A DNA stretch of 53,151 nucleotides from Clostridia bacterium (GCA_045615705.1 JAZLFH010000023.1:1-53151), one strand, 5' to 3'; positions 9,364 to 18,664 are shown, counted from the first letter of the stretch. Made by a program: numbers and translations. The notes: generated by a model from the letters alone, not told the origin.

Positions 9364-10824
9364 ATGGAAAAAAAAGATTCAATAGGCGTTAGTGCGGGAA
9401 AACTTACCGTATCAAAATTTGTGGCACTTTTTGTAACAATGCTCAGTGCCATGCTTCTTTCAAGATTTCGTTCCGTTGAAGAATACGGAACATATTCCGA
9501 GCTTCTTTTGGTTGTAAATCTTGTAATCACAATTATTATGATGGGTCTTCCAAACAGTCTTAACTATTTTTTGGGGCGTGCCGACACCACAGAAGAAAAA
9601 GACAGATTTCTATCCGTTTACTACTCGGTAAGCACCATTTTAAGCGTGGTTGTGGGTGCTGTTTTGGTTTTTTGCACCCCATTTTTGGTTAGTTATTTTA
9701 AAAATCCCGAAATTAAAAATTTCATCTATTTTCTCGCAATTTTTCCTTGGACTAAAATAATTTGTGCAAGCATCGAAAATGTTTTAGTCGCTTACAACAA
9801 GGCAAATACAATTATGCTTTTCAGAATTTCAAACAGTGTCTGCCTGCTTCTTATAATTCTTATAGTTAAATTCTTCTCTCTTAACTTTTATGTATATATG
9901 CTCTTTTTTTTGGGCGTTGAAGTTGCGTTTTCGATTTGGGTTTACATAATTGTAAGAGGTGTGTCCGATAAATTCAAATTTTTAATTGACAAAAACTTAA
10001 TTCATGATATTTTGGTTTTTTCAATTCCCATCGGTTTAGCTTCAACTGTCGGCACATTAAATGCGGAACTTGACAAATTTGTTATAGGAGGCTTGATGGA
10101 CACCGAAAGCCTTGCCGTTTACACAAATGCATCAAAAGAAATGCCGTTTACAATCATTGCAACATCAATTACTGCCGTGCTTTTGCCAAGGCTTGCAAAA
10201 ATGCTTAAAGAAAAAAGAACTGACGATGCAATATCCCTTTGGGGCTATGCACTCAAAATTTCATACATTTGTATGTGCTTTTTCGCTTTTGCACTAATTG
10301 TCTTTTCTCCGGAAGTTATGACTTTTCTCTATTCGGAAAAATATCTTGCCGGCGTTTCCGTCTTTTGCGTGTACAGTGCGGTTTTAATCCTTCGTTGTAC
10401 ATATTGGGGCATGATTTTAAATGCTTCGGGGAATACAAAATTTATTTTATACAGTTCGATTTTCTCTCTCGTTTTAAATATCATATTAAATTATATTTTC
10501 TTTATGCTGTTTGGTTTTATAGGTCCTGCTGTTGCTACCTTTATTGCTCAACTGACGGTTAATTTACTTCAACTTACGGCAAGTGCCAGACTGTTAAATG
10601 TTAAGTTTTCTAAAATTTTCCCTTGGAGGGAGTTATTCAAATATACTTGTGTTAATTTAATTTTTGCGGTAATATTCTATATAGTAAAAATTGTTCTTCC
10701 GCTTGAAAAACTGTGCGGAAATATTATCGAAGCGATTATCATCGGTTTGATATGGATGGCTACGATGTTCTTCACTCAGAAAAAGAGTATCGTAAATAAT
10801 TGGAACAAACTAAACGGGGGTTAA
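9364..10824 (+). CDS. Oligosaccharide flippase (Wzx/MOP family)
   Basis: Many hydrophobic segments; EEYGTY, FSIPIG...ELDKFVIG, GFIGPAVAT. Confidence 0.8.
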   Translation: MEKKDSIGVSAGKLTVSKFVALFVTMLSAMLLSRFRSVEEYGTYSELLLVVNLVITIIMMGLPNSLNYFLGRADTTEEKDRFLSVYYSVSTILSVVVGAVLVFCTPFLVSYFKNPEIKNFIYFLAIFPWTKIICASIENVLVAYNKANTIMLFRISNSVCLLLIILIVKFFSLNFYVYMLFFLGVEVAFSIWVYIIVRGVSDKFKFLIDKNLIHDILVFSIPIGLASTVGTLNAELDKFVIGGLMDTESLAVYTNASKEMPFTIIATSITAVLLPRLAKMLKEKRTDDAISLWGYALKISYICMCFFAFALIVFSPEVMTFLYSEKYLAGVSVFCVYSAVLILRCTYWGMILNASGNTKFILYSSIFSLVLNIILNYIFFMLFGFIGPAVATFIAQLTVNLLQLTASARLLNVKFSKIFPWRELFKYTCVNLIFAVIFYIVKIVLPLEKLCGNIIEAIIIGLIWMATMFFTQKKSIVNNWNKLNGG

Positions 10825-10826
10825 TT

Positions 10827-12029
10827 ATGGTAAATGTGATAGGACTCGGATACATCGGACTTCCCACGGCACTTATGCTTGCTTCTCACGGTGTTGAGGT
10901 TATCGGAACCGATTATAACAATGAACTTGTTGAAACTCTCAACAGTGGCAAGACCACTTTCACCGAAAACGGTCTTGACGCTCTTTTTAGTGATGCGTTA
11001 AGAAACGGAATAAAGTTTTCAACAAAGTATCAAATTACAGATACATACATTATTTCTGTTCCTACTCCGTACGACAAGGAGTCGAAAAAAATTGACCCAA
11101 AATATGTTGTATCGGCTTTTAAAAGCGTGCTTGATGTATGTAAAAAAGGCAGCATCGCAGTTATTGAATCAACTGTTTCCCCGGGAACAATTGACAGGTT
11201 TATACGCCCGATTGCAATAGAAAAAGGTTTAAAAATCGGAGAAGATATTCACATTGTCCACGCACCGGAAAGAATTATTCCGGGAAATATGCTCTATGAA
11301 CTTTTAAACAACAATCGCACAATCGGTTCGGACAGTGTCGAAATCGGAAATAAAATCAAAAAACTTTATGAATCTTTCTGTCTTGGCGAAATCACGGTTA
11401 CCGATATTAAGACCGCCGAGATGACAAAGGTTGTTGAAAATACTTTTCGTGCTGTAAATATTGCTTTTGCAAATGAACTTTTAAAGATTTGTCATCAAGA
11501 CAATATGAATGTATATGACATTATTAAAATCTGCAATATGCACCCGAGAGTTAACATTTTAAATCCCGGCCCCGGTGTCGGCGGGCATTGCATACCTGTT
11601 GACCCATGGTTTTTGGTTGGTGATTACCCATCGCTCACAAATGTAATTTCTGCATCGCTAAACATTAATGAATCAATGCCTTTATTTGTCCTGGAAAGGG
11701 CGAAAGAAATTTTAAAGGCAAATGGAATTAAAGACATTGACAGGATAGGTCTTTACGGACTCACATACAAAGAAAATGTTGATGATTTCCGTGAGTCGCC
11801 TACCCTTCAACTTCTTGAAAAGAGCGGTTTAAACCTTAAAGTTTACGACCCGTACATTAAAAAGGATATTGTAAAAAATCAATATCACTCCCTTGACAGT
11901 TTTTTAAATGATATTGATATGGTAGTAGTTATGGTAGGGCATAACGAAGTTAAAGAAAATGAGGATATCATAAAGAAAAAGATTGTGCTTGACACTCGCA
12001 GAGTTTTAGACGGCGTATATTATCTTTAA
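10827..12029 (+). CDS. wecC: UDP-N-acetyl-D-mannosamine dehydrogenase family nucleotide-sugar dehydrogenase
   Basis: GLGYIGLP, ESTVSPGT, PERIIPG, PGPGVGGHCIPVDPWF, DDFRESP. Confidence 0.85.
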   Translation: MVNVIGLGYIGLPTALMLASHGVEVIGTDYNNELVETLNSGKTTFTENGLDALFSDALRNGIKFSTKYQITDTYIISVPTPYDKESKKIDPKYVVSAFKSVLDVCKKGSIAVIESTVSPGTIDRFIRPIAIEKGLKIGEDIHIVHAPERIIPGNMLYELLNNNRTIGSDSVEIGNKIKKLYESFCLGEITVTDIKTAEMTKVVENTFRAVNIAFANELLKICHQDNMNVYDIIKICNMHPRVNILNPGPGVGGHCIPVDPWFLVGDYPSLTNVISASLNINESMPLFVLERAKEILKANGIKDIDRIGLYGLTYKENVDDFRESPTLQLLEKSGLNLKVYDPYIKKDIVKNQYHSLDSFLNDIDMVVVMVGHNEVKENEDIIKKKIVLDTRRVLDGVYYL

Positions 12030-12033
12030 AAAG

Positions 12034-12069
12034 TAAAAAAGGTAACAGATTAATCTGTTACCTTTTTTA
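12034..12069. terminator. Perfect 36-bp palindrome, probable bidirectional terminator
   Basis: TAAAAAAGGTAACAGATTAATCTGTTACCTTTTTTA between convergent genes. Confidence 0.7.
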
Positions 12070-12526
12070 TTGCCTGAACGAGTCTTTTTTGAAAATAGTT
12101 ATTTGCTATTTTTCTAAGGTCCTTTTTATTTGACATATAGCCAACACTTATTTCAATTGATGCAATATCTGTATCGGTAAAAAAAGTATGTTCCGATTCT
12201 GTTTTTACATCAAATATAAATCTGAAAAAAAGTGCGGTTTTAAGTTTTTTTGCCAAATGTGAGCGATTTGAATTGATTATAAGCCCATGCTTATTTTTAT
12301 TTTGTGATGCCTCGGCTTTTAACCTTATAAAAATGTCATATTGACCGTTATTTGCCTTTTTGATTCTGTCTTTCGGGCGAAGATAAATGTCGCCGTTTCT
12401 TGTTTTTTCAAGGTTTGTCAGATTTGCAATTTTAAGAGTTACATCTTTTTCAAAAACTCCCGAAAAAACATTTCCGAAATCTCTTCCTCCGCCCGAGGGG
12501 TCAACTATCGCTTTCATTTTTTTCAA
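12050..12526 (-). CDS. N-acetylmuramoyl-L-alanine amidase (Amidase_3)-like protein, catalytic residues degenerate
   Basis: IVDPSGGGRD, EKDVTLKIA, TRNGD...RIKKAN...DIFI and VGYMSN match the Amidase_3 scaffold; two His ligands and the catalytic Glu are replaced. Confidence 0.75.
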   Translation of the reverse strand: MKKMKAIVDPSGGGRDFGNVFSGVFEKDVTLKIANLTNLEKTRNGDIYLRPKDRIKKANNGQYDIFIRLKAEASQNKNKHGLIINSNRSHLAKKLKTALFFRFIFDVKTESEHTFFTDTDIASIEISVGYMSNKKDLRKIANNYFQKRLVQAIKKVTD

Positions 12527-12728
12527 GGTCGTCTATTCTTCGTGTGTTTTCTTTTGTCCTTTCTTCAACAATATACATTCGCTCTATTAAGTTGTTGTGC
12601 TTATTTACTTTTTCTTCAAGTTGTCCTATTCGATAATTTGAAAGTTTTTGTGATGTGAGTATTCCTAAAAATGAGCCGCCGAGAGTCCCAAGCAAAGAAA
12701 TCAGCGAAACTGTAATGTCGTTTGTCAT
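12501..12728 (-). CDS. Small phage holin-like membrane protein
   Basis: One N-terminal transmembrane segment then coiled coil YRIGQLEEKVNKHNNLIERMY, typical of Firmicute prophage lysis-region proteins. Confidence 0.7.
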   Translation of the reverse strand: MTNDITVSLISLLGTLGGSFLGILTSQKLSNYRIGQLEEKVNKHNNLIERMYIVEERTKENTRRIDDLEKNESDS

Positions 12729-12889
12729 AAAATCCCCGCTTCTTCCTCGTCAAATATATCTTCTTCGGGTACTTCGGTATAGATGCTGTCATCTGCTCCG
12801 TCTCCTAAGTACACCGCTTTATAGTAGCCCCAGTCATCTGTTAAGACCATACCCTCATCTGCAAAAAGTTTGTTTCCTGTTCTTTGCAT
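12725..12889 (-). CDS. 54-aa acidic phage tail-associated hypothetical protein (absent from the ORF track)
   Basis: Translated by hand: MQRTGNKLFADEGMVLTDDWGYYKAVYLGDGADDSIYTEVPEEDIFDEEEAGIL; AGGAG RBS; ATGA overlap with the next gene. Confidence 0.75.
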   Translation of the reverse strand: MQRTGNKLFADEGMVLTDDWGYYKAVYLGDGADDSIYTEVPEEDIFDEEEAGIL

Positions 12890-12893
12890 TTTT

Positions 12894-13664
12894 TTACACT
12901 CCTATCGTTAAACCTTTTGCATTTGCAAAGGCTAAAATTGTTACAGACTGACCTGTCATAACGGTTGTATCAGCCATATTCAATGTGTTCTGAGTTACTT
13001 GTAAAGTTTTACCGCTGTTATTTTCATAATTTGTTACTATTTTTTCCAGTACGCTTTGTGATAAATCACACCACGCAAGAGATAGGTTTGTGTTAAAACC
13101 TTCTTCAACCGTTACATCTGAAAGTAACGAACAATTTTTGAAAGCATCTGCTCCGATACTTGTCGCTCCTGCTCCTATATTTACGGTTTCTAAGTTTAAA
13201 CAGCTCGTAAATGCACCACCGGAAACAGTTTCGATTGAGGATAAGTCAATCGTTGTCATTCCTCCGCAATAAAACGCACTACCCCCTATGCTTGTTACAT
13301 TTGATAAATTTATACTTTGACACCCTGTTCGCACCGAATTACACCGAAAGGCACCACTCCCTATGCTTTTTACACTGTTTGGTAATACAACGGAAATGTA
13401 TTGCATACCGTAAAACTTATTATCCGGTATCTTCGTTATTTCTAAAAAACCGGACAAGTTATACTCAATAGGGTTTTGTCTTGTTCCGCCTGTTCCGTTT
13501 ACAATGTTTTTAACTAAATCTTCAAAACTTACAACATTAACTGTAACGGGGCTGTACGCTTTTCCTTCGGGTGCGGTATATGTGCCGTTTGAAGTTACGC
13601 TTAATTCTTCAACTTCAATACTTGTTCCGCCTCCGCCTAAAACTGCATTGGTTCTTCCTGTCAT
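12894..13664 (-). CDS. BspA-type leucine-rich-repeat protein, phage tail-associated
   Basis: Repeats LPNSVKSIGSGAF / VTSIGGSAF / ATSIGADAFKNC; N-terminal TSNGTYTAPEGKAYSPVTVNV; no signal peptide. Confidence 0.8.
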   Translation of the reverse strand: MTGRTNAVLGGGGTSIEVEELSVTSNGTYTAPEGKAYSPVTVNVVSFEDLVKNIVNGTGGTRQNPIEYNLSGFLEITKIPDNKFYGMQYISVVLPNSVKSIGSGAFRCNSVRTGCQSINLSNVTSIGGSAFYCGGMTTIDLSSIETVSGGAFTSCLNLETVNIGAGATSIGADAFKNCSLLSDVTVEEGFNTNLSLAWCDLSQSVLEKIVTNYENNSGKTLQVTQNTLNMADTTVMTGQSVTILAFANAKGLTIGV

Positions 13665-14743
13665 ATACGAAGCACCGCCTTTATTGTCGGAATTGTGATT
13701 GAATTATTTACCTTGCTGTAAATAGTTACGCTTGACGCTCCTGTTAAGCAAACGGGGGCATAATTACCGCTTACGGCTTCCGTAACGCCAAATATGATTT
13801 CTCCTATATAATCGGATGTTACTTCGCTTACCGATATGCTTGCCTTGTAGGGATAATCCGGGTATGTGCTGTCCGCTGTCCAATTATTAACAGTAATATT
13901 TGATGCGGTAATTACTTTTTTGTTTGAAGGGGTCATAATAATATCTGTTGGAGTTAAAACACCGTTATTATTGAAGAATATATACATCGAATCTTCCGTT
14001 ATTGTAGCAACAGTTTGACCCGATAAGCTTTTAATTGTTGCCGTTCCGTCAAGTGCATCAACTCTTACAAAATCACCAACTGTGCAATTAATTATTCTTA
14101 TTTCCGCATCTCTTGTGCAATTAATTATTTTTGGCAAAGTATATGCAGAATTAACCTCATAAGAATATTCTCCGCCGTTTGGTATTGTTACACGGTTTTT
14201 ATCTATGCTTGACAGTTTTGTTTTTTCTGCATTGGTGTAGTCGTTTGAAGACAAGCCTTTTCCTTCAACCTTGTCTATTTTTTTGTCAATTTCTTCAACT
14301 GTATAGTCAACCGCTTCGCAAACTTCTTGAAGGTTAGCAAATTGACTTGAACCTGTCGCCTGAATATCTCCGTCCGTGATTACTACCGAAGAAACTCCTC
14401 CCGAAACACTTCCCGCTTTGCCGTTAAGTTTTATGTTTGTGATTGTGTTTGACAGTTTTGTTTTTTCTGCATTGGTGTAGTCGTTTGAAGACAAGCCTTT
14501 TCCTTCAACTTTGTCTATTTTTTTACTTTCGATTTCATCAATGGCATCTTGTACATTGTCGGAAGAAAGTTCGCTCTCTGTGTTATCGTAAGAAATGTCT
14601 TTGGCTTCTTCGTTTTTGTTTGAAAAAGCACATACTTCACCCTTATAGATATTTCCGCTGTCCGTGATGTAAATTGTTTCCGTTTCTTTATTTAAAAGTG
14701 AATCATATCGTTCTTGTGTAATGTGTTTAATTTTAATACTCAT
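13661..14743 (-). CDS. Phage tail-fibre-like protein
   Basis: N-terminal TQERYDSL...TIYITD motif, SDNVQDAIDE, two KIDKVEGKGLSSNDYTNAEKTKLS repeats. Confidence 0.7.
   Translation of the reverse strand: MSIKIKHITQERYDSLLNKETETIYITDSGNIYKGEVCAFSNKNEEAKDISYDNTESELSSDNVQDAIDEIESKKIDKVEGKGLSSNDYTNAEKTKLSNTITNIKLNGKAGSVSGGVSSVVITDGDIQATGSSQFANLQEVCEAVDYTVEEIDKKIDKVEGKGLSSNDYTNAEKTKLSSIDKNRVTIPNGGEYSYEVNSAYTLPKIINCTRDAEIRIINCTVGDFVRVDALDGTATIKSLSGQTVATITEDSMYIFFNNNGVLTPTDIIMTPSNKKVITASNITVNNWTADSTYPDYPYKASISVSEVTSDYIGEIIFGVTEAVSGNYAPVCLTGASSVTIYSKVNNSITIPTIKAVLRI
14209..14524. repeat. 76-bp intragenic direct repeat (14209-14284, 14449-14524)
   Basis: Copies 240 bp apart with one mismatch (14270 C / 14510 T). 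Confidence 0.9.
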
Positions 14744-14859
14744 AATTTCTCATATGTCAGGATATATAAATTTTACTATTTTTTTTACTCTGATAATGTA
14801 AATTTTAAATTATTTTACACCTTTTATTTTTTTTAGAATAAAATGAATCGAGGTGTTAA

Positions 14860-15693
14860 ATGATGCAAAAAATTCTTTTTATAGGTGGCGATGCTCGTCT
14901 TGACTATGCAAAACAAAGCTTTTTAAGAGATGGATTCTTGTGCGAAAGTTTTGTAGATGATGTTTCTTTAAAGGAATCTGTTCAAAATTCCGACATCATA
15001 ATCCTCGGTCTTCCCGTGAGCCAAGATGACACTTTTTTAAATGCTAAAAATCTGAAAAATCCTGTTCTTTTAAGTGATTTTTTCCGTTTTGCAAAAGGAA
15101 AAGTTGTATTTGGCGGTGGTTTTTCCGACTATGTCAAGGCTATGGCAGACATTAACGATGTTATTTGGGGCGATTATTCAAAAAGAGATGATTTTAAAAT
15201 TGCAAATGCAATTCCAACCGCTGAAGGTGCTATTGAATACGCCATGCATGAATCTTTAAAGACGCTTTTTGACTCTTCTTGTGCAGTTTTAGGCTACGGA
15301 ATTGTTGCAGAGGCTCTTGCTAAAAGGCTATATGCTTTAAAATCTAAGGTTACGGTTTTTGCAAGGAAAAAGTCTGCAATTGAAAAAGCAATTTCTGACG
15401 GAATGATTGCACTGGATTTTAAAAATCTCCCTGTAATAGCCGATAGGTTTGACATCATTTTCAACACCGTTCCCGCAACAGTAATCGGACGAGAGGTGCT
15501 TTTAAATATGAAAAAAGATGCTCTTGTAATTGACCTTGCTTCTCGCCCCGGCGGAGTTGATTTTGATTGTGCCTTAGATGTGGGTACAAAGGTTATTTGG
15601 GCTCTTTCTCTTCCCGGGAAAGTCGCCCCCGAAAGTGCGGGAAAAGTCATTAAAAATACTGTATCTAATATGATAAACGAGTTAGGATTGTAA
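14860..15693 (+). CDS. dpaA: Dipicolinate synthase subunit A (SpoVFA)
   Basis: IGGDAR, NAIPTAEGAI, NTVP, IDLASRPGGVDF, WALSLPGKVAP. Confidence 0.92.
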   Translation: MMQKILFIGGDARLDYAKQSFLRDGFLCESFVDDVSLKESVQNSDIIILGLPVSQDDTFLNAKNLKNPVLLSDFFRFAKGKVVFGGGFSDYVKAMADINDVIWGDYSKRDDFKIANAIPTAEGAIEYAMHESLKTLFDSSCAVLGYGIVAEALAKRLYALKSKVTVFARKKSAIEKAISDGMIALDFKNLPVIADRFDIIFNTVPATVIGREVLLNMKKDALVIDLASRPGGVDFDCALDVGTKVIWALSLPGKVAPESAGKVIKNTVSNMINELGL

Positions 15694-15696
15694 AAC

Positions 15697-16275
15697 ATGG
15701 ATTTGTCATCGAAAAAAATCGGGTTTGCTATGACCGGCTCTTTTTGTACTTTTAGCGAGGTTTTGGTTCAGCTGAAAGCACTAAAAAATACGGGTGCGGA
15801 TATTTTTCCCGTGATGAGCAAGATTGCTTCTTCTACCGATACTCGATTTGGGAAATCATCTGATTTTAAAAAAGAAATTGAAGAAATCACAAAAAAGAAA
15901 ATAGTTCTTGAAATTGAAGAAGCAGAAAAGTTTGGGCCGAAAGAAAAACTCGACCTTATGGTAATTGCTCCATGTACCGGAAACACTCTTTCAAAAATTG
16001 CAAACGGTATTTGCGATAGTGCGGTTACCATGTCGGCAAAAGCAACGCTTCGGAACCAAAAGCCCGTACTTCTTGCTATTGCTTCAAATGATGCCCTGTC
16101 TTTGGGTGCGAAAAATATCGGCTCTCTTTTAAATACAAAAAACATCTTTTTTGTTCCATTCGGGCAAGACGACTTTCAAAAAAAGCCGACCTCTATCATC
16201 GCAAAAATGGATTTAATTATTCCATCAGTCGAAAGTGCGATTGAGTTTAAACAAATACAACCCATTTTAATGTAA
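15697..16275 (+). CDS. dpaB: Dipicolinate synthase subunit B (SpoVFB)
   Basis: GFAMTGSFCT, TDTRFG, APCTGNT, FVPFGQDD...KP. Confidence 0.93.
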   Translation: MDLSSKKIGFAMTGSFCTFSEVLVQLKALKNTGADIFPVMSKIASSTDTRFGKSSDFKKEIEEITKKKIVLEIEEAEKFGPKEKLDLMVIAPCTGNTLSKIANGICDSAVTMSAKATLRNQKPVLLAIASNDALSLGAKNIGSLLNTKNIFFVPFGQDDFQKKPTSIIAKMDLIIPSVESAIEFKQIQPILM

Positions 16276-16352
16276 AAGGGGCTGAAGCAAAATGCACTAT
16301 TTTGCTTCCAGCCCAAAGGGTGTGTGGCATTTTGCGACACCCCCTCTTTTTT
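16276..16352 (+). repeat. Intergenic repeat, module B (MITE-like, terminator-like)
   Basis: TGCACTATTTTGCTTCC core shared with 21654-21670 and (minus strand) 45655-45671; ends AGGGGCTGAAGCAAAATGC...GCATTTTGCGACACCCCCT. Confidence 0.8.
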
Positions 16353-16400
16353 CATTGACAAAGAACTTCTTTTTTGATATTCTAATTTAGAGGTGATTCT

Positions 16401-17114
16401 ATGTTGGAAATTGCTGATTTGCATACACATGTAGTTTTTGACATTGATGACGGACCCGCCACTTTTGAAGAATCCATTCGTTTGCTTGATATGGCAAAAG
16501 AGTCTTGCGTTACTCACATAGTTGCTTCATCTCACTACCTTTTTTCTCAAAACAATGATAATTCATCTTATGACGAGAGATTTGATATTCTCTTTGCCGA
16601 GGCAAAAAATCGTGGTATAACTCTTTACAAAGGGAACGAGTTGTGCATAGGTACGCCTTTTTTAGACGATTTGAAATCAAAAAAGGCCTATTCCGTTAAC
16701 GGCGGAAAATACATACTGATAGAATGCCGTATAGCACAAAATGTCTATAATCTTGAAAATTACATTGATGTTTTGTTTAACAATGGGTTTATCCCTATCT
16801 TGGCACATCCCGAAAGATGTGAAAATATTTTAGATAAATTTGATGTCGCAGAGTCGCTTTTTTACGACGGCGTTCTTTTTCAGGTAAATGCAGGAAGTCT
16901 TTTCGGGCATTACGGATTTAAAGCAAAACAACTATCCAAAAGACTTATGCAAAACGATATGGTTTTTTGTCTTGCATCGGATTTTCATAATCCGTATTCA
17001 AGACCGCCGATTACCAAAAAAGAAATTGAGAAACTTGAAAATAAATGGGGTAAAGAAAAAATTACTAAACTTTTATACGAAAATCCTATTAAAGCAATAA
17101 ATAATATAAAATAA
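16401..17114 (+). CDS. CpsB/CapC/YwqE-type PHP-family tyrosine-protein phosphatase
   Basis: DLHTHV..IDDG, SSH, ILAHPER, ASDFH; TTGACA-N17-TATTCT promoter at 16355-16383. Confidence 0.85.
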   Translation: MLEIADLHTHVVFDIDDGPATFEESIRLLDMAKESCVTHIVASSHYLFSQNNDNSSYDERFDILFAEAKNRGITLYKGNELCIGTPFLDDLKSKKAYSVNGGKYILIECRIAQNVYNLENYIDVLFNNGFIPILAHPERCENILDKFDVAESLFYDGVLFQVNAGSLFGHYGFKAKQLSKRLMQNDMVFCLASDFHNPYSRPPITKKEIEKLENKWGKEKITKLLYENPIKAINNIK

Positions 17115-17140
17115 AATCTGCCCGTCCGGGCAGATTTTTT
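17113..17140. terminator. Bidirectional intrinsic terminator
   Basis: AAAATCTGCCCG-TC-CGGGCAGATTTTTT between convergent genes. Confidence 0.75.
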
Positions 17141-17186
17141 ATAAATAACAAAGTATAAAAAGTGTTCTTTTATCTATCATAAAAGG

Positions 17187-18581
17187 TTAGAACTCGGCAC
17201 TTCCTGTTGTCCTTGGGAAACTCATAACATCACGAATATTACCGATACCGGTTATATACATAAGTGCTCTTTCAAATCCCAATCCGTAACCCGAATGGCG
17301 AACACTTCCGTAACGGCGAAGGTCAAGATACCACCAGTAATCTTTCTCGGAAAGCCCAAGTTCTTTCATTCTCTTTAAGAGCATATCAAGTCTTTCTTCC
17401 CTCTGACTTCCGCCGATGATTTCGCCTACTCCGGGGACCAATAAATCCATAGCCGCAACAGTCTTGTTGTCATCGTTCATACGCATATAAAACGCTTTGA
17501 TTTCCTTTGGATAGTCGGTAACAAAGACCGGCTTGTTAAACACTTTTTCCGTGATGTAACGCTCGTGTTCCGTTTGAAGGTCAATGCCCCAAGAAACGGG
17601 ATAATCAAACTTTTCATTACTCTTTAAAAGAATGTCGATTGCTTCGGTGTAAGTAATTCTTGCAAAATCGGATTCAACTATTTTATTTAATCTTTCAAGA
17701 AGTGTATTATCAATAAACTTATTGAAAAATTCCATCTCCTCGGGAGCATTATCCAAAACATATTTAACGATATATTTAATCATACGCTCGGATATGTCCA
17801 TATTTTCTTTGAGGTCTGCAAAAGCAATCTCAGGCTCAATCATCCAAAACTCCGCTCCGTGGCGGGGAGTGTTGGACTTTTCCGCACGGAATGTCGGTCC
17901 AAATGTGTAAACACTTCCGAGAGCGAGAGCGTGCGTTTCCGCTTCAAGTTGTCCGCTGACCGTAAGATTTGCGGCTTTTTGGAAAAAGTCTTGTGTATAA
18001 TCTACTGTTCCGTCCGGATTCTTGGGCGGATTTTCAATGTCCAAAGTGGTTATTTTAAACATCTCTCCCGCACCTTCGCAATCGCTTGCAGTAATTATCG
18101 GAGTGTGGATATATGTAAATCCTTCTTCTCTGAAAAACTTATGAATTGCATAAGCAAGTATTCCTCGTGTTCTGAAAACTGCCGAGAATGTGTTTGTTCT
18201 CGGACGAAGATGTGCTATTGAACGCAAAAATTCATTGGAATGACGCTTTTTTTGAAGCGGATAATCGGGAGTGGATTTTCCCTCAATTACAGCCGTATCC
18301 GCATTTATTTCAAACGGTTGTTGTGCATTTGGCGTAAGACGAATTTCTCCCTCAAACCATACCGCACTTCCAACATTTAAAGAAGAAATTTCGTCATAGT
18401 TTTTGAGTTTATCGCTTTCCAAAACTACCTGAACGCTCGTAAAAAAACTGCCATCGTTTACAGATGCGAAAGCAATTTTGTTTGATGCCCTGACAGTGCG
18501 AAGCCATCCTGCAATTTTAACACGCTCGCCGTCTTTTAAATCTTTATTTCTAAAAAGTTGTTTTATCGTTGTTCTTTCCAC
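17187..18581 (-). CDS. asnS: Asparagine--tRNA ligase
   Basis: [49 protein letters not shown]. Confidence 0.95.
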   Translation of the reverse strand: MERTTIKQLFRNKDLKDGERVKIAGWLRTVRASNKIAFASVNDGSFFTSVQVVLESDKLKNYDEISSLNVGSAVWFEGEIRLTPNAQQPFEINADTAVIEGKSTPDYPLQKKRHSNEFLRSIAHLRPRTNTFSAVFRTRGILAYAIHKFFREEGFTYIHTPIITASDCEGAGEMFKITTLDIENPPKNPDGTVDYTQDFFQKAANLTVSGQLEAETHALALGSVYTFGPTFRAEKSNTPRHGAEFWMIEPEIAFADLKENMDISERMIKYIVKYVLDNAPEEMEFFNKFIDNTLLERLNKIVESDFARITYTEAIDILLKSNEKFDYPVSWGIDLQTEHERYITEKVFNKPVFVTDYPKEIKAFYMRMNDDNKTVAAMDLLVPGVGEIIGGSQREERLDMLLKRMKELGLSEKDYWWYLDLRRYGSVRHSGYGLGFERALMYITGIGNIRDVMSFPRTTGSAEF

Positions 18582-18664
18582 AAAACCATTCCTTTCAATA
18601 CTATTATATTAAAGCACATTTAAAAGAATTTGTCCATAGAAAATAAAAAAAACTTGCCAATTCA

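Larger units (their letters stand above)
12050..14743 (-). mobile_element. Prophage-derived tail-fibre/lysis module (remnant or domesticated)
   Basis: Five tightly coupled minus-strand genes in fibre-LRR-small protein-holin-amidase order; no integrase, capsid or tape measure in the window. Confidence 0.6.

Noticed and set aside
14209-14524. Possible DGR template/variable repeat pair near an LRR tail gene
   Set aside because: Only one synonymous mismatch, both copies are in frame inside one gene, and no reverse transcriptase is in the window.
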